NCBI GenBank assembly: GCA_963829055.1
Contig: CAWHHI010000006.1
Coordinates: 384,001 to 448,000, forward strand
DNA: 64,000 nt
From: an uncultured Gemmatimonadaceae bacterium
GTDB lineage: Bacteria > Gemmatimonadota > Gemmatimonadetes > Gemmatimonadales > Gemmatimonadaceae
Direction of reading: 5' to 3'
The notes under the pieces are model-generated. The model made no database searches and had not been told where the DNA came from. It saw only the letters and a program-made list of their open reading frames with translations. The position numbers were made by a program, and so were the translations under genes. Below, piece by piece: positions 23,235 to 33,694 of the stretch (position 1 is its first letter; each line of letters starts with the position of its first letter).

Positions 23235-26024
23235 CTACGTCTCCTCCCGCAGCGCCTCCGTCGGCTCGATGCGGAACGCGCGACGCGTCGGCACGACGCA
23301 CGCGACGAGACACACCACCATCATCAGCATCGCGTACGCCACCACCAGCGCGACTTCCCTCGGCGACAGCGCGCCCGTCGCCGCCCTCGTCAGCACGCCG
23401 ACGAACCCGCCTCCCACCAACACGCCAAGCGCCACCTGCCTGAGCGGTCGCCGGAAGATCGCGGTGATCACGCGCCGGTGATCCGCGCCGAGCGCGATGC
23501 GCACGCCGATCTCGCGCGTCCGACGCGAGACCGTGAATGACATCACCGCGTAGATCCCCGCGAGTGACAGCACGAGCGCGACACAGCTTACCAGTAGCAC
23601 CAGCCGGAACCAGAAGCTCAGGAACTCGAGCTCGGAGTCGAGCACGCGATCGAGCGGCGCTATGTCGTACAACCGGAGCGTCGGGTCGACCGCCGTCGCG
23701 AGCGCGCGGAGGCGCGGCGCAAACGCCGACGGATCGCCCTTCACATGCACCGCCATGTGCGCCGGGTAGATCCCGCCTGCCGCCACCGGATGGTAGATCC
23801 CCGAGCTCTTCGGGTCGCCGCCCTCCGCCTGGCCGACGTCCGCACCAACCGCCATCCCCACGTCGCGCACGACGCCGACGATCTCGTACCACGGCCCTGG
23901 CTTCCGGTCCACCGACCACCGGTCGTCCTCGCCATCCACGTACCGCAAGCGACGGCCGATCGGATTGCGATCACCGAACACGCGCCGCACGAACGACTGG
24001 TTCACGACGACGACGCCACCGCGAGCGCCCGGCTTCCCCGGCGTTCCGAGATCCGCCTCGCCGTCACTCGCGTTGAAGCCTCGACCAATGATGACGGGTG
24101 CCGAGACTGCCTCGAGAAAGTCGTGATCGACCGACGCGGAGCTCACGCGATACCCGTTAGGCCAGCGCGGGTCGCGCGGCGCCGCCGCACCCTCATCGAC
24201 TTCGATGATGTGGTACGGGTGGTACATCAGCGGAAGAAGGTCGGCGAACGTGATGCCCGCGACCGCGGGCTCGGCGGCGACGCGCCGAGCAAGCTCCTGA
24301 TACGTCGCGCGGAAGTGGGCACGGTGTGCCGCCCGTGATGTGTCCGCACGCGCGCCCGGCACGGGTTCGCGATCCATCTCGAGCCGAACCGACAGGAATT
24401 CCCTGAACGGGAATCCGACGTCGACCTGCTCGAGCTGCACCGCGTCGCGTCGCACGAAGAACGCGACCGCCGGAAACGCCACGGTCACCGCGACCTGCGC
24501 GACGATGACGACCGTCCACACACCGCCGAATCGCAATCCGCCGCTGCCGGCCGTCGTCTGCTTGAGCCGGGCGCCGACGCCACGCGTCACCTTGAGCGCG
24601 GGGACGACGCCAGCGATCGCCGCGGCGACGAAGGTCAGCAGCACTGCATACACGTACGTGGTCGGCGACAGCGTATCCTGAAACCAGAACGGTAACCGGG
24701 CTCCGTGAAGGAACTCCGCCTCGATGACGCCCATCACCCAGCGCAGGCCAGCGCCGGACGCCGCGAGCCCGATCACCGCCGCCACTCCACCGAGCACGAG
24801 CGCCTCGGCGAACAGCTGCATGATGATCCGGCCACGCCCGGCGCCTAACGCCGAGCGGACGACGATCTCGCTCTCGCGCGTTGCCGCACGCGCGAACATG
24901 AGCAGCGCGACGTTGCCGCAGATGAGCACGAGCAGCATGAGCAGCGGCAAGTTGACCGACATGACGCCGACCGATCGCCATCCTCTGACGTCCACAATGG
25001 ACTGAGCGTACGGCATGATCTGCGGACGCAGGTACTCGTGCGTGTCGCGGAAGTCCGCGGACGCGCGCTTGCCGAGCGCACTGAGCTCGGCCTGCGCTTC
25101 GTCGAGCGACACACCGGGCGCGAGACGCGCGAACACACTGATCGCTGGGCCCTCTCGGCGGCCGTATCCAGCGTCATCGAGGCGGAGCGGCACCCAGAAG
25201 CTCTGCGCGACCGGGAAGCCGAACTTCTCGGGCATGACGCCGACGATCGTCACCACCGAGCTCGCGAGCCGCACCGTCCGACCGATGATTGCGGTGTCGG
25301 CGCCGAAGCGACGCTGCCACGCGTCGTACCCGATCACGACTACTGGCGTTGCGTCCGCACGCTCATCCGATTCGATCAGCGTCCGCCCCAGGAATGGAGG
25401 CACGCGCGTCATCCGGAACGCGGACGCGGTGATCTCCGCCACCTCGACGGGCTCGCCGCGACCTTCGCTCGTGATCAGGTTGCGCTCGAGCGCGCGGTAT
25501 GCGCCGAGGTCCGTCACCGACTTCAGCGTCTGTCGCCATGTGGCGAAGTCGTCGGCGATGTGCGCCTCGGGCCGGCTCGCTGCCAGATCCCAGTTGCGGA
25601 TGGCGACGATGCGATTGCCGTCAGGCAGCGGGATCGTCGGCCGAATGATCTGCGTCGCCATCTCGAACGTCGCCGAGCCGACCCAGATCGCGAACGCCAT
25701 CGCGAGCCCGCCCACAATCGTTAGGCCCGGGTACCTGACGAGCATCCGGAAGCCGAGCTTGAAGTCCAGCCACGACACGCGGAGGTCATCGATGCGCCGT
25801 AGTCCTCGCGACCGGCGCCCTTGCTCCTTGAAGTGTTCGGTGCTACCGAACTCGAGCCGCGCCTGACGCTCGGCCTGTGCCGGCGTTAGGCCGGAGCGGA
25901 CGAGGTCCGCGGCCCTGAGCTCCAGGTGCAGTCGGAACTCGTCGTTCATGTCCGACTCGACGTCCACGCGCTGACGCACACCTCGCCAGAGCGAGCGGGT
26001 GCGCGCGATAAGTCCTGAGAGCAT
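23235..26024 (-). CDS. Duplicated orphan ABC permease (ADOP), intact
   Basis: MLSGLIAR...DEFRLHLE, LICGNVALLMF, EIVVRSALG, GIYAVMSFTVSRRTREIGVRIALG; start coupled to the padR stop. Confidence 0.92.
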   Translation of the reverse strand: MLSGLIARTRSLWRGVRQRVDVESDMNDEFRLHLELRAADLVRSGLTPAQAERQARLEFGSTEHFKEQGRRSRGLRRIDDLRVSWLDFKLGFRMLVRYPGLTIVGGLAMAFAIWVGSATFEMATQIIRPTIPLPDGNRIVAIRNWDLAASRPEAHIADDFATWRQTLKSVTDLGAYRALERNLITSEGRGEPVEVAEITASAFRMTRVPPFLGRTLIESDERADATPVVVIGYDAWQRRFGADTAIIGRTVRLASSVVTIVGVMPEKFGFPVAQSFWVPLRLDDAGYGRREGPAISVFARLAPGVSLDEAQAELSALGKRASADFRDTHEYLRPQIMPYAQSIVDVRGWRSVGVMSVNLPLLMLLVLICGNVALLMFARAATRESEIVVRSALGAGRGRIIMQLFAEALVLGGVAAVIGLAASGAGLRWVMGVIEAEFLHGARLPFWFQDTLSPTTYVYAVLLTFVAAAIAGVVPALKVTRGVGARLKQTTAGSGGLRFGGVWTVVIVAQVAVTVAFPAVAFFVRRDAVQLEQVDVGFPFREFLSVRLEMDREPVPGARADTSRAAHRAHFRATYQELARRVAAEPAVAGITFADLLPLMYHPYHIIEVDEGAAAPRDPRWPNGYRVSSASVDHDFLEAVSAPVIIGRGFNASDGEADLGTPGKPGARGGVVVVNQSFVRRVFGDRNPIGRRLRYVDGEDDRWSVDRKPGPWYEIVGVVRDVGMAVGADVGQAEGGDPKSSGIYHPVAAGGIYPAHMAVHVKGDPSAFAPRLRALATAVDPTLRLYDIAPLDRVLDSELEFLSFWFRLVLLVSCVALVLSLAGIYAVMSFTVSRRTREIGVRIALGADHRRVITAIFRRPLRQVALGVLVGGGFVGVLTRAATGALSPREVALVVAYAMLMMVVCLVACVVPTRRAFRIEPTEALREET

Positions 26025-26371
26025 CAGATTTCCTGCGGTGTTGCGGACAGCGCGAGCGCGATGGCCTGCGCATGTCTGTTCCAGCTCGCGGTTTCTTCGC
26101 CGAGCCGTTTTCGTCCGGTGGCCGTGAGGCGGTAGTACTTCGCGCGACGGTTGTTGTCCGACGTGCCCCATTCACTGGAGATCAGTCCCTGGAACTCGAG
26201 ACGGTAGAGTGCCGGGTAGAGGGCGCCCTGCTGGATCTGCAGCGCGCCGCCCGAGATCTGCTCGATGCGGAGCAGCACGCCGTAGCCGTGCAGCTTCCCG
26301 AGCGAGACGGCTTTCAGAATGAGCAGGTCGAGCGTGCCAGGCAGGACGCCGGCAGCGGGCTGGTCGGCCAC
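26024..26371 (-). CDS. padR: PadR-family transcriptional regulator
   Basis: GTLDLLILKAV...LHGYG...GALYPALYRLE...WGTSDNNRRAKYY. Confidence 0.93.
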   Translation of the reverse strand: MADQPAAGVLPGTLDLLILKAVSLGKLHGYGVLLRIEQISGGALQIQQGALYPALYRLEFQGLISSEWGTSDNNRRAKYYRLTATGRKRLGEETASWNRHAQAIALALSATPQEI

Positions 26372-26375
26372 GATG

Positions 26376-26432
26376 TTCTCCTATGATGCTTAGGAGAAGG
26401 TACGAAGGGCTCTCCTAAGCTGTCAAGGAGAG
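26376..26432 (-). promoter_or_regulatory. Putative sigma70 promoter with two palindromic operators for padR-3
   Basis: Minus-strand TTGACA-n18-TACCTT; palindromes TTCTCCTA-n7-TAGGAGAA (26376-26398) and CTCTCCT-n9-AGGAGAG (26410-26432). Confidence 0.65.
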
Positions 26433-26439
26433 TGGGGTC

Positions 26440-26607
26440 ATGCGCACAGTCCTCGCCTACCGGAAGCGGCGCGACTCCGCGCTCACCCTCGGCTATCGCG
26501 TCCGCTCGCCGGCCCGCGTACGCGAGCGCCAGACCATGGAACTCACGGTCGAGCGTATGGGCGGCTCCCAGCGCCAGCTGCAGTCGGTCGCGGAGGTCCG
26601 TCATCAA
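26440..26607 (-). pseudogene. Internally deleted Ser/Thr kinase-TPR remnant
   Basis: MTDLRDRLQLALGAAHTLDRE (kinase N-terminus-like) is joined directly to GLALAYAGRRADAIAEGERGV (C-terminal TPR-like). Confidence 0.55.
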
Positions 26608-26823
26608 CGGGGTTCTGGCAGGTTGCGGCCTGAGGCTGGGGCCAATCTAGAACCCGGGAAACCCCGTGACCAGCCATTGTGCGCCGCTCCGAGTCGTTAG
26701 CCGTGCCTAACGAATCGTGTCTTCGAGGGCCGGAGCGCCAGGCGCCCCATGTCGAGGTTGACCTTATCACGCACGCGGACGGATATTGGCTCCACCATTG
26801 GGTCCCCGCGGAGAGGCGACGAC

Positions 26824-28945
26824 ATGATCGGCACAACGATTTCCCACTATCGCATCCTCGCGAAACTGGGCGAGGGCGGCATGGGGATCGTGTACAAGGC
26901 ACAGGATACGAGGCTCGAACGCTTCGTCGCGCTGAAATTCCTCCCAGAGGATCTCGGCGACGACTCGGAGGCAAAACAGCGCTTCATTACCGAAGCCCGC
27001 GCGGCGTCGTCGCTCAATCACCCCAACGTCGCGACCGTCTACGACATCGGCGAGGCCGACCGCCGCTCGTTCATTGCCATGGAGCTGGTGGAAGGCGACA
27101 CGCTCAAGGCCCGCCTCAAAGCCGGCAGGCTGTCCATCGAGCAGGTCAGGGCGTTCGGGCTCCAGATCGCCGAAGGCCTTCAGGCCGCCCACAGCAAAGG
27201 CATCGTCCATCGCGACATCAAGCCCGACAACCTCCTGCTCACGCGCGACGGCCAGATCAAGATCATGGACTTCGGCGTCGCGAAGCTGTCCAATGGTCTC
27301 GGGATGACGCGGACCGGTACTACGGTCGGCACGCTGGCCTACATGTCGCCCGAGCAGCTGGTGGCGGACGACGTCGACAACCGGAGCGACCTCTGGTCGT
27401 TCGGCGTGGTGCTCTACCGAGATGCTGACCGGCGAGATCCCGTTCCGCCGCGGCAGCGAGGCCGCCGTGATCTACGAGATCCTGAACCGCGAGCCGATTC
27501 CGCTGGAGACGTATCGGCCGGACGTCCCGCCGACATTGCGTGCCGTCATCACCCAACTCCTGCAGAAAGACCCGGCGGCGCGGCCTTCCTCGGCTACCGA
27601 CGTCATAGCGCGGCTTCGCGGAACGGGCGGCGTAACGGCAGCGTCCGCGCCGGCGAAGACGATTGCGGTGATGTACTTCGAGAACCTCAGCCCGGACAAG
27701 GAGAGCGATTATTTCTGCGCCGGCATCACCGAGGACATCATCACCGACCTCTCGAAGGTGCGCGACTTGAGAGTGGTGCCGCGAACGGACGTGCTCCCGT
27801 TTCGAAACAAGGAAGTCAACACGCGCCAGGTCGGTGAAGCGCTGCGCGTGAACTACATCCTCGAGGGCAGCGTACGCAAAGCCGGCAACCGCATCCGCAT
27901 CACCGGCCAGCTCGTGAGCGCGCGCGACGGCTTCCAGGTCTGGGCCGACCGCTTCGACGGGCTCGTCGACGACATCTTCGATCTACAGAACGAAGCGTCG
28001 CGCAAGATCGTCGAGGCGTTGAAGGTCTCGCTCACGGAAGCCGAGAAGGAATCCTTGGCGAAGAAACCAACCGACGACCTGCGGGCCTATGACTTCTTCA
28101 TGCGCGGGCGCGAGTACCTGAATCGTCGCGGACGGAAGAACACCGAGACGGCAATCCGGATGTTCGAGAACGCCCTGGCGATCGACGCGGACTTCGCCGC
28201 GGCATTCTCGGCGCTCGGCGACGCGTGCGCGGCCATGTACGAGTGGTACGACGGGCGGCCCCACTGGCTGGCTCGCGCCATCGAGAACAGTCAGGAGGCG
28301 CTGTCGCGCGACCCGGGCTCCGTCGACGTGCAGTTCGGCATTGCGACGGTCTACTCCCATCAGGGCCGGCTGGCCGACGCGAAGCGTGCGCTACTCGCTG
28401 TGCTCGAGCACGATCCTCAGTACTACCCGGCGTGCATGCGCCTCGGGATGCTTGCGGAACGCCACGGTGAGGGTGAGCTGCATTCCGCGGTGACGTGGTA
28501 TCGCCGCGCCGCCGAGCTGCGTCCGCAGGACGACGATCCGTGGCGATACCTGGCTGGTCTCTATCGAAAGCTCGGCCAAATCGAAGCGGCGCACGAGGCG
28601 GCGCTCAAGGTCATCGAGATCACCAGTCGAAAGCTCGAGGTGAACATGGATGACGTCGTGCTCCTCAGTCGACTGGCCGAGGGCTATGCGCGCTACGGCG
28701 GCAAGGAAGAGACGCACGCCATCCTGAAGCGCGTGATCGAGCTCGATCCGACCGACGGCCAGGCCCTGTACCACTGCGCGTGCGCCCACGCCCTTCTCGG
28801 GGAACGAACGGCGACCCTCGTCTCTCTGCGACGCGCGTACGACAACGGATTCCGCGCGGTGGCCCATTCGGTGCACGCGGATAATGCGTTCGATGCCATA
28901 CGCAGCCACCCCGAATTCCGGGCGTTCATTGCCGAATTGCAGTAA
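26824..28945 (+). CDS. Ser/Thr protein kinase with TolB-like and TPR domains (frameshift near 27420)
   Basis: LGEGGMG, VALK, HRDIKPDN, DFG, YMSPEQ, DLWSFG; IAVMYFENLS...GITEDII; TPR helices. Confidence 0.92.
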
Positions 28946-29016
28946 CCAGTAACCAGTGTTACTGTCGGAACGCTGACCCGAGCACCCCCACGCGACCCGC
29001 GCCGAGTTGAGAGACC

Positions 29017-29310
29017 ATGCCCAAGTACGTGATAGAGCGCTTCATTCCTGGAGCCGGAAACCTGACCGCCGATGAATTGAAGGCGATCTCGACGCGCTCG
29101 TGCGATGTTCTGAACCAACTCGGTCCGAAGATCACGTGGATCCAGAGCTACGTGACGGACAACAAGATCTACTGCGTCTACATCGCCCCGAACGAGGAGG
29201 TCGTGCGCGAGCACGCGCGACTGGGCGGCTTCCCGGCGAACCACATCAGCTCCGTGAAGACGCTGATCGATCCAACTACGGCCGAGGAGACGCCGGCTGG
29301 TCGAAGCTGA
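29017..29310 (+). CDS. DUF4242 family protein
   Basis: MPKYVIER...WIQSYVTDNKIYCVYIAP...HARLGGFPAN. Confidence 0.85.
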   Translation: MPKYVIERFIPGAGNLTADELKAISTRSCDVLNQLGPKITWIQSYVTDNKIYCVYIAPNEEVVREHARLGGFPANHISSVKTLIDPTTAEETPAGRS

Positions 29311-29325
29311 CGTCCAGAGGGGATG

Positions 29326-29364
29326 AAGGGGCAGGGTCGTTGAGCTTCAACGACCCTGCCCCTT
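29326..29364. repeat. Perfect 18-bp-stem hairpin (possible bidirectional terminator or REP)
   Basis: AAGGGGCAGGGTCGTTGA-GCT-TCAACGACCCTGCCCCTT. Confidence 0.8.
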
Positions 29365-29369
29365 GTGAA

Positions 29370-29397
29370 TTGGGGTCAGACTCGAGTCTGACCCCAA
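29370..29397. repeat. Perfect 28-bp palindrome
   Basis: TTGGGGTCAGACTCGAGTCTGACCCCAA. Confidence 0.8.
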
Positions 29398-29446
29398 ACG
29401 GCATCAAATCTCTGCGTGCGCGGCGCGTTCGATTGCTTTACGCGAG

Positions 29447-29863
29447 CTATCGGTGGCCGTGCAGCTGGAATCCCGCGATCTCGAAGTGATGGTCGAGACT
29501 GAGCGCGTCGCGGATCCGCCGGTGGGTCATCACCGCGAAGCTCACGGCGTCGGTGAGGGAGAAGTCCTGATCGCTGTAGCGCGCGAGCCAATTGCGCTCG
29601 GCTTCGGTCTCGAGGTCCCGCGTGCTCCGAACGACGACGTTCGGCGCTTCGTCGACAGTTCTCACGAATGCGAGCGCGGTCGTAGCGCCTACTCGACGTA
29701 GCAGCAACGCGTGCGTTTCCGCCACGACCAGGTTGGTCGTCACGAGGCGTCGACGATTGCGGATCAGTGCTCGAAGCGCCGTAGCGAGGCTCGCATGGTC
29801 AGGATGCTTCGCGACCAGGAGCGGATACCACGCGCTCGTGTCGACGAAGAACTCACTCGCCAC
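29447..29863 (-). CDS. vapC: PIN-domain toxin, VapC family
   Basis: FFVDTSAW...VVAET...FSLTDAVSF...LSLDHHF; overlaps the upstream gene. Confidence 0.9.
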   Translation of the reverse strand: MASEFFVDTSAWYPLLVAKHPDHASLATALRALIRNRRRLVTTNLVVAETHALLLRRVGATTALAFVRTVDEAPNVVVRSTRDLETEAERNWLARYSDQDFSLTDAVSFAVMTHRRIRDALSLDHHFEIAGFQLHGHR

Positions 29864-30212
29864 CAGTCTTTCTCCTGGCCTTCTTCGCGACCTTCTTCTT
29901 CGCCACCCCAGTGCGCGCCGGCGTCACTCGGCTCCAACTGGCCTCTTCGGCCTCGGCGATGACCTGATCGTGATCGCGAGCGGCGTCGGCCTCCGTGGTC
30001 CCGGCAATCTCGGCGTCAGCGATTCCAATGAGCCGCAGCGCCGGGTGGGATGCTGGCGAGAGGAGCTCACGCTCGAGCGCGAGCAGCCCGCGCCGCACGA
30101 CATCGGACTTGCTGGCGTCCAGCTGATCGGCAAGCCGCTCGAGTCGATCGCGTTCGTCGGCGATGAGGTACACCTGCAGCGGCGCTGCTTCTCGCACTCG
30201 CCGTCGTGTCAT
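29853..30212 (-). CDS. Putative antitoxin, CopG/ribbon-helix-helix type
   Basis: LQVYL...RLERLADQLDASKSDVVRRGL and DAARDHD motif; lies upstream of and overlaps vapC. Confidence 0.78.
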   Translation of the reverse strand: MTRRRVREAAPLQVYLIADERDRLERLADQLDASKSDVVRRGLLALERELLSPASHPALRLIGIADAEIAGTTEADAARDHDQVIAEAEEASWSRVTPARTGVAKKKVAKKARRKTGGE

Positions 30213-30250
30213 GACACACCTTCATGAAGTAATGAGTTGTATCATGATAC
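30206..30250. promoter_or_regulatory. Three TCATGA-centred palindromes (putative antitoxin operators)
   Basis: GTGTCATGACAC 30206-30217, CTTCATGAAG 30220-30229, GTATCATGATAC 30239-30250. Confidence 0.6.
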
Positions 30251-30297
30251 CTAGGGCACCCGGTGGTGGCAACAGCCCCGGGAGCGGTATCGACGTA

Positions 30298-30341
30298 CAA
30301 GGGGCCAGAGTCGTTGAACGTTCAACGACTCTGGCCCCTTG
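30298..30341. repeat. Perfect 44-bp palindrome related to the 29326 hairpin
   Basis: CAAGGGGCCAGAGTCGTTGAACGTTCAACGACTCTGGCCCCTTG. Confidence 0.85.
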
Positions 30342-30405
30342 AATCCTCCTGCACTCAGCGTCACCCAGCCACCAGCACGACCACCCAGCAACCAGCTTCT
30401 CGCAG

Positions 30406-33401
30406 TTACTGGATCGGTCCGCCCTTCTGCATCTGCGGCACGCCGTCGGTCATCCACTTCGGCGCCGGCTTGTCCTTGAGGTAGTGATCGAAGAACTGCT
30501 TCATGCGCACCTGGAAGTCCTTCTGGTTCTCCTTCTTCGCCAGGTGATGCGGCTCGTCCGGGTACGACAGGAAGATCACCTGCTTCCCGCTGCGCCGCGC
30601 GGCGTTGAAGAACTCGAGCCCCTGCTCCCAGTCCACCGCGTCGTCCGCCGTGCCCTGCAGGATCATGAACGGCGTCTTGATGTTGCGCACGTGATGCACC
30701 GGCGACTGGCTCTCGTACAGCTCGTGTGAGTTCCACGGCGTCACGTTCGCGCCCATGCGCACCTGACCGACCTCGATGATGCCCTGCTGCAGCGTGCCCG
30801 TCTGCTTGTACAGCTCGTCGTAGAAGCTCACGAGATTCGTCGGCGGCGCGCCCGTCACGACCGCCGCGAACATGTCCGTCTGCGTGAGGATGAACGACGA
30901 CTGGTATCCGCCCCAGCTGTGTCCCTGCAGTCCGATGTGCTTCGGATCGGCGTAGCCCAGCTCGATCACCTTCTTCACCGCGCTCGTCACGCAGTCGAGC
31001 GCCGAGCTGCCCGGCTTGCCGATCTCGTAGACGATGTCCGGCTGGAGCACGAGGTAGCCGTTGCTCGCGTACGTCGACATGTGCGGCCGGTCGTCGTACA
31101 CCGGCATCGAGAACGTGTGATGCGTGTTCGACATGATCTCGTAGAAGTACACGAGCATCGGATACTTCTTGCCGGGCTGATAGTCCGCCGGCAGCGTCAG
31201 CGTGCCCTGCAGCTTCTGGCCTTTGCTGTTCTTGTAGTCGACGAGCACCTTGCTGCCCCACGCGTATTCGGCAGATCAGCGGATTCGCGTCGGTGATCTT
31301 GCGTCGGCGACGCGAACGCGGCGTTGCTCGTCCAGTAGTCCGGGAATTCCGAGAACGTCTGCTCGGTGAAGATCACGCGATCGGCCTTCTCGGCCTTCGC
31401 CACCTGGCCGATCTGCTTGTCCGCGTAGATGAGCGGCGTCGGCGCCTTGCCGGCGACGACCTTGTAGTAGCCGGACTTCTTCGTCCAGTCGCCGTAGGCC
31501 GAGAGCGTGAGCGGCTTCGTGAGGTCGATGCCTTCGTCGTCCTGCGCGGCGCCACCACCGAAGATGCCGCCGCCACCGCCGCCACCCGGCCTCGCGCCGG
31601 ACGATCGAGCCTAACGAGACGGAACCGGATCTTGCCGGATCTCCCATGCCCCGCGTCAGATTGACGGCCTTGCCGCCGTCGAGCGGCATCTGCCAGATGT
31701 CGAAATGATGGTTCAGCAGCACCGACTTGCCGTCCTTCGACCACCCCGCCACGCCGTACGTCGGAATCTCGTACGGATGATCATCCTCGGCGTCCAGGAA
31801 GCTGATCTTGTCGCCGTCGTCGAGATCCTTCTTCTGCCGGTCTCGAGGTTGTACGCGACGACGTTCTTGTCCTTGAGATACAGGAACCACTTGCCGTCGG
31901 GCGAGATGCCCATCGTGCGCGTCACCGACTTCTCGATGAGCGTGCGCTCGCCGGTCTCGGTGTTGATGCGATAGTGATCGGCCTTGCTGCCGCCCCATGA
32001 GACTTCCAGCCGGTACGTCGTGTCGAGGCGGCCGATCGCCCACTTCCCGTTAGGCGTCTGCTGTACCGCGCGCATGTCCGGGTCGCCGAGTCGCGCGAAC
32101 TTCTTCGTGGCGAGCGAGAAGGCGGCCGGGTACGTGAAGCGACGCTCCTGCGCGAGGCGCACGATCTGCACCGACTGCAGCTCGGCGTCCTTCCAGTGCC
32201 ACACGTCGACGTTCGCCTGCGGCTCGTCGCTCTTCGGCGGCTCCGCTTCCTGCTCCTTGAGGCCGACGAAGACGCGCGAGCCGTCGTTGCTCCAGCGCGG
32301 CGCGGCGAACTCGCTCAGGACCAGCGCCTTTGGGAATGTCGCGTCTTTCGACGGATCGTACTCGATCCGCTTGGCGTTAGGCGACGCCGGCGTCGCTCCA
32401 GACGAGCAGCACGTTGTCCTTCTGCTTGTTCGTCTTCTCCTTGTCGCCGCGGAGCACGGCGAGCGACGAGCCCTTCTCGCTCCAGGCGAGCCCGTCGAAG
32501 TCGAGCGCGGCGCTCGCCAGCGTGCGCGACTGCCCGTCGCGAGATCGATGACATAGACGCCGTTGCCGAGTCGGTCGGCGGCGTCGACGGTGTAGGCGAA
32601 GCGCTGACCGGCGTCGTCGAACTCGAACGCATTCACGTTGCCGATGTTGCGCGTCGCCCCGGTGGAGAGCTCACGGAGAATCAGATCGGTGCCGTCGTGC
32701 GTGGTGTCGGACGGCGTCGCCTTGTTCGTCCGCACGGCGAGCCAGCGCCCGCCGTCGGAGAACTGGAAGCTCGCCGGATTCGGCACGGTGAACTTCTCGC
32801 CGCTCTTGAGATCGAGGAGCTCGAATCGTCGGGTCGCGGCAGTGCCGCGTTGGGCACCTTGAGCGCCCTGGGCACCCGGTGTCGTTGGGGCGTCTGGGGT
32901 TGCGGGCGCGCCGCCGCGTCCGCCGGGACCACCTGGTGCACCTGCGCCTCCGGGACGACCACCTCGTCCGGCCGCGCGGCCAGGCGGATTCACATAGTAG
33001 CCGACCCAGCGCGAGTCATCGGAGAACACCGGGTTGTTGGCGCCGCCACCGCCAAAGCCGCCGCCTCCGCCGCCGGCCGCGGCCGGCGGTGCGCCCACGG
33101 GAATGGTGTAGACCTTCGAGCCATCGAGCTCCTTCACGTACAGCGTCCCGTCGCCGTCGTTCGGCTGGTACGCGTACGTCATCCACTTGCCGTCAGCCGA
33201 GATAGCGGTCTGCGTGATGCGATTCCAGCGACCGTAGTCGGCCAGGTTCAACACCTTTTTCGGGTCGCCGCGAGACGTGGCGGCGGAGCTCGGCGGCGTC
33301 GCCGATACCTGCGTGGCCGTCTGGGCGAATGCCTGGACGGCAGGGACAATGGCGAGCGCGAGCGCCAGCGTGAAGCGCTGGCGGCCGTGGGAGCGGCGCA
33401 T
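30406..33401 (-). CDS. S9 prolyl oligopeptidase family protein, secreted (several frameshifts)
   Basis: GHSWGGY nucleophile, GTADDAV, EPHH; N-terminal beta-propeller segments; signal peptide. Confidence 0.9.
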
Positions 33402-33665
33402 GGGATGTCTCCGTGGAACGATATCGGGGGCGGACGATTTCACCCGAGAATACGCGGCTGACCACCGGGACGTTCGACGCGTCGAACGCTCTGCGACGTC
33501 GGTGGCTGGCCTCGGCTGCGCCTAACAATCGTTTACCGCTCCGCTTCCGAACCCCGCGTCGAGCGCCTCTCGTGATGGCCGTGCCCGACGCTCGTCGACC
33601 TGCGCCGCCATGGAGGCGTTCACCGGAAGGAGAGGGCGGACGGCGGCTGGCCGGCCAAAAAAGCG

Positions 33666-33694
33666 TGTCATCCCGAGCATCCGGCGAGGGATCC
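33666..33694. repeat. Half REP-like element
   Basis: TGTCATCCCGAGCATCCGGCGAGGGATC with no partner arm. Confidence 0.6.
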
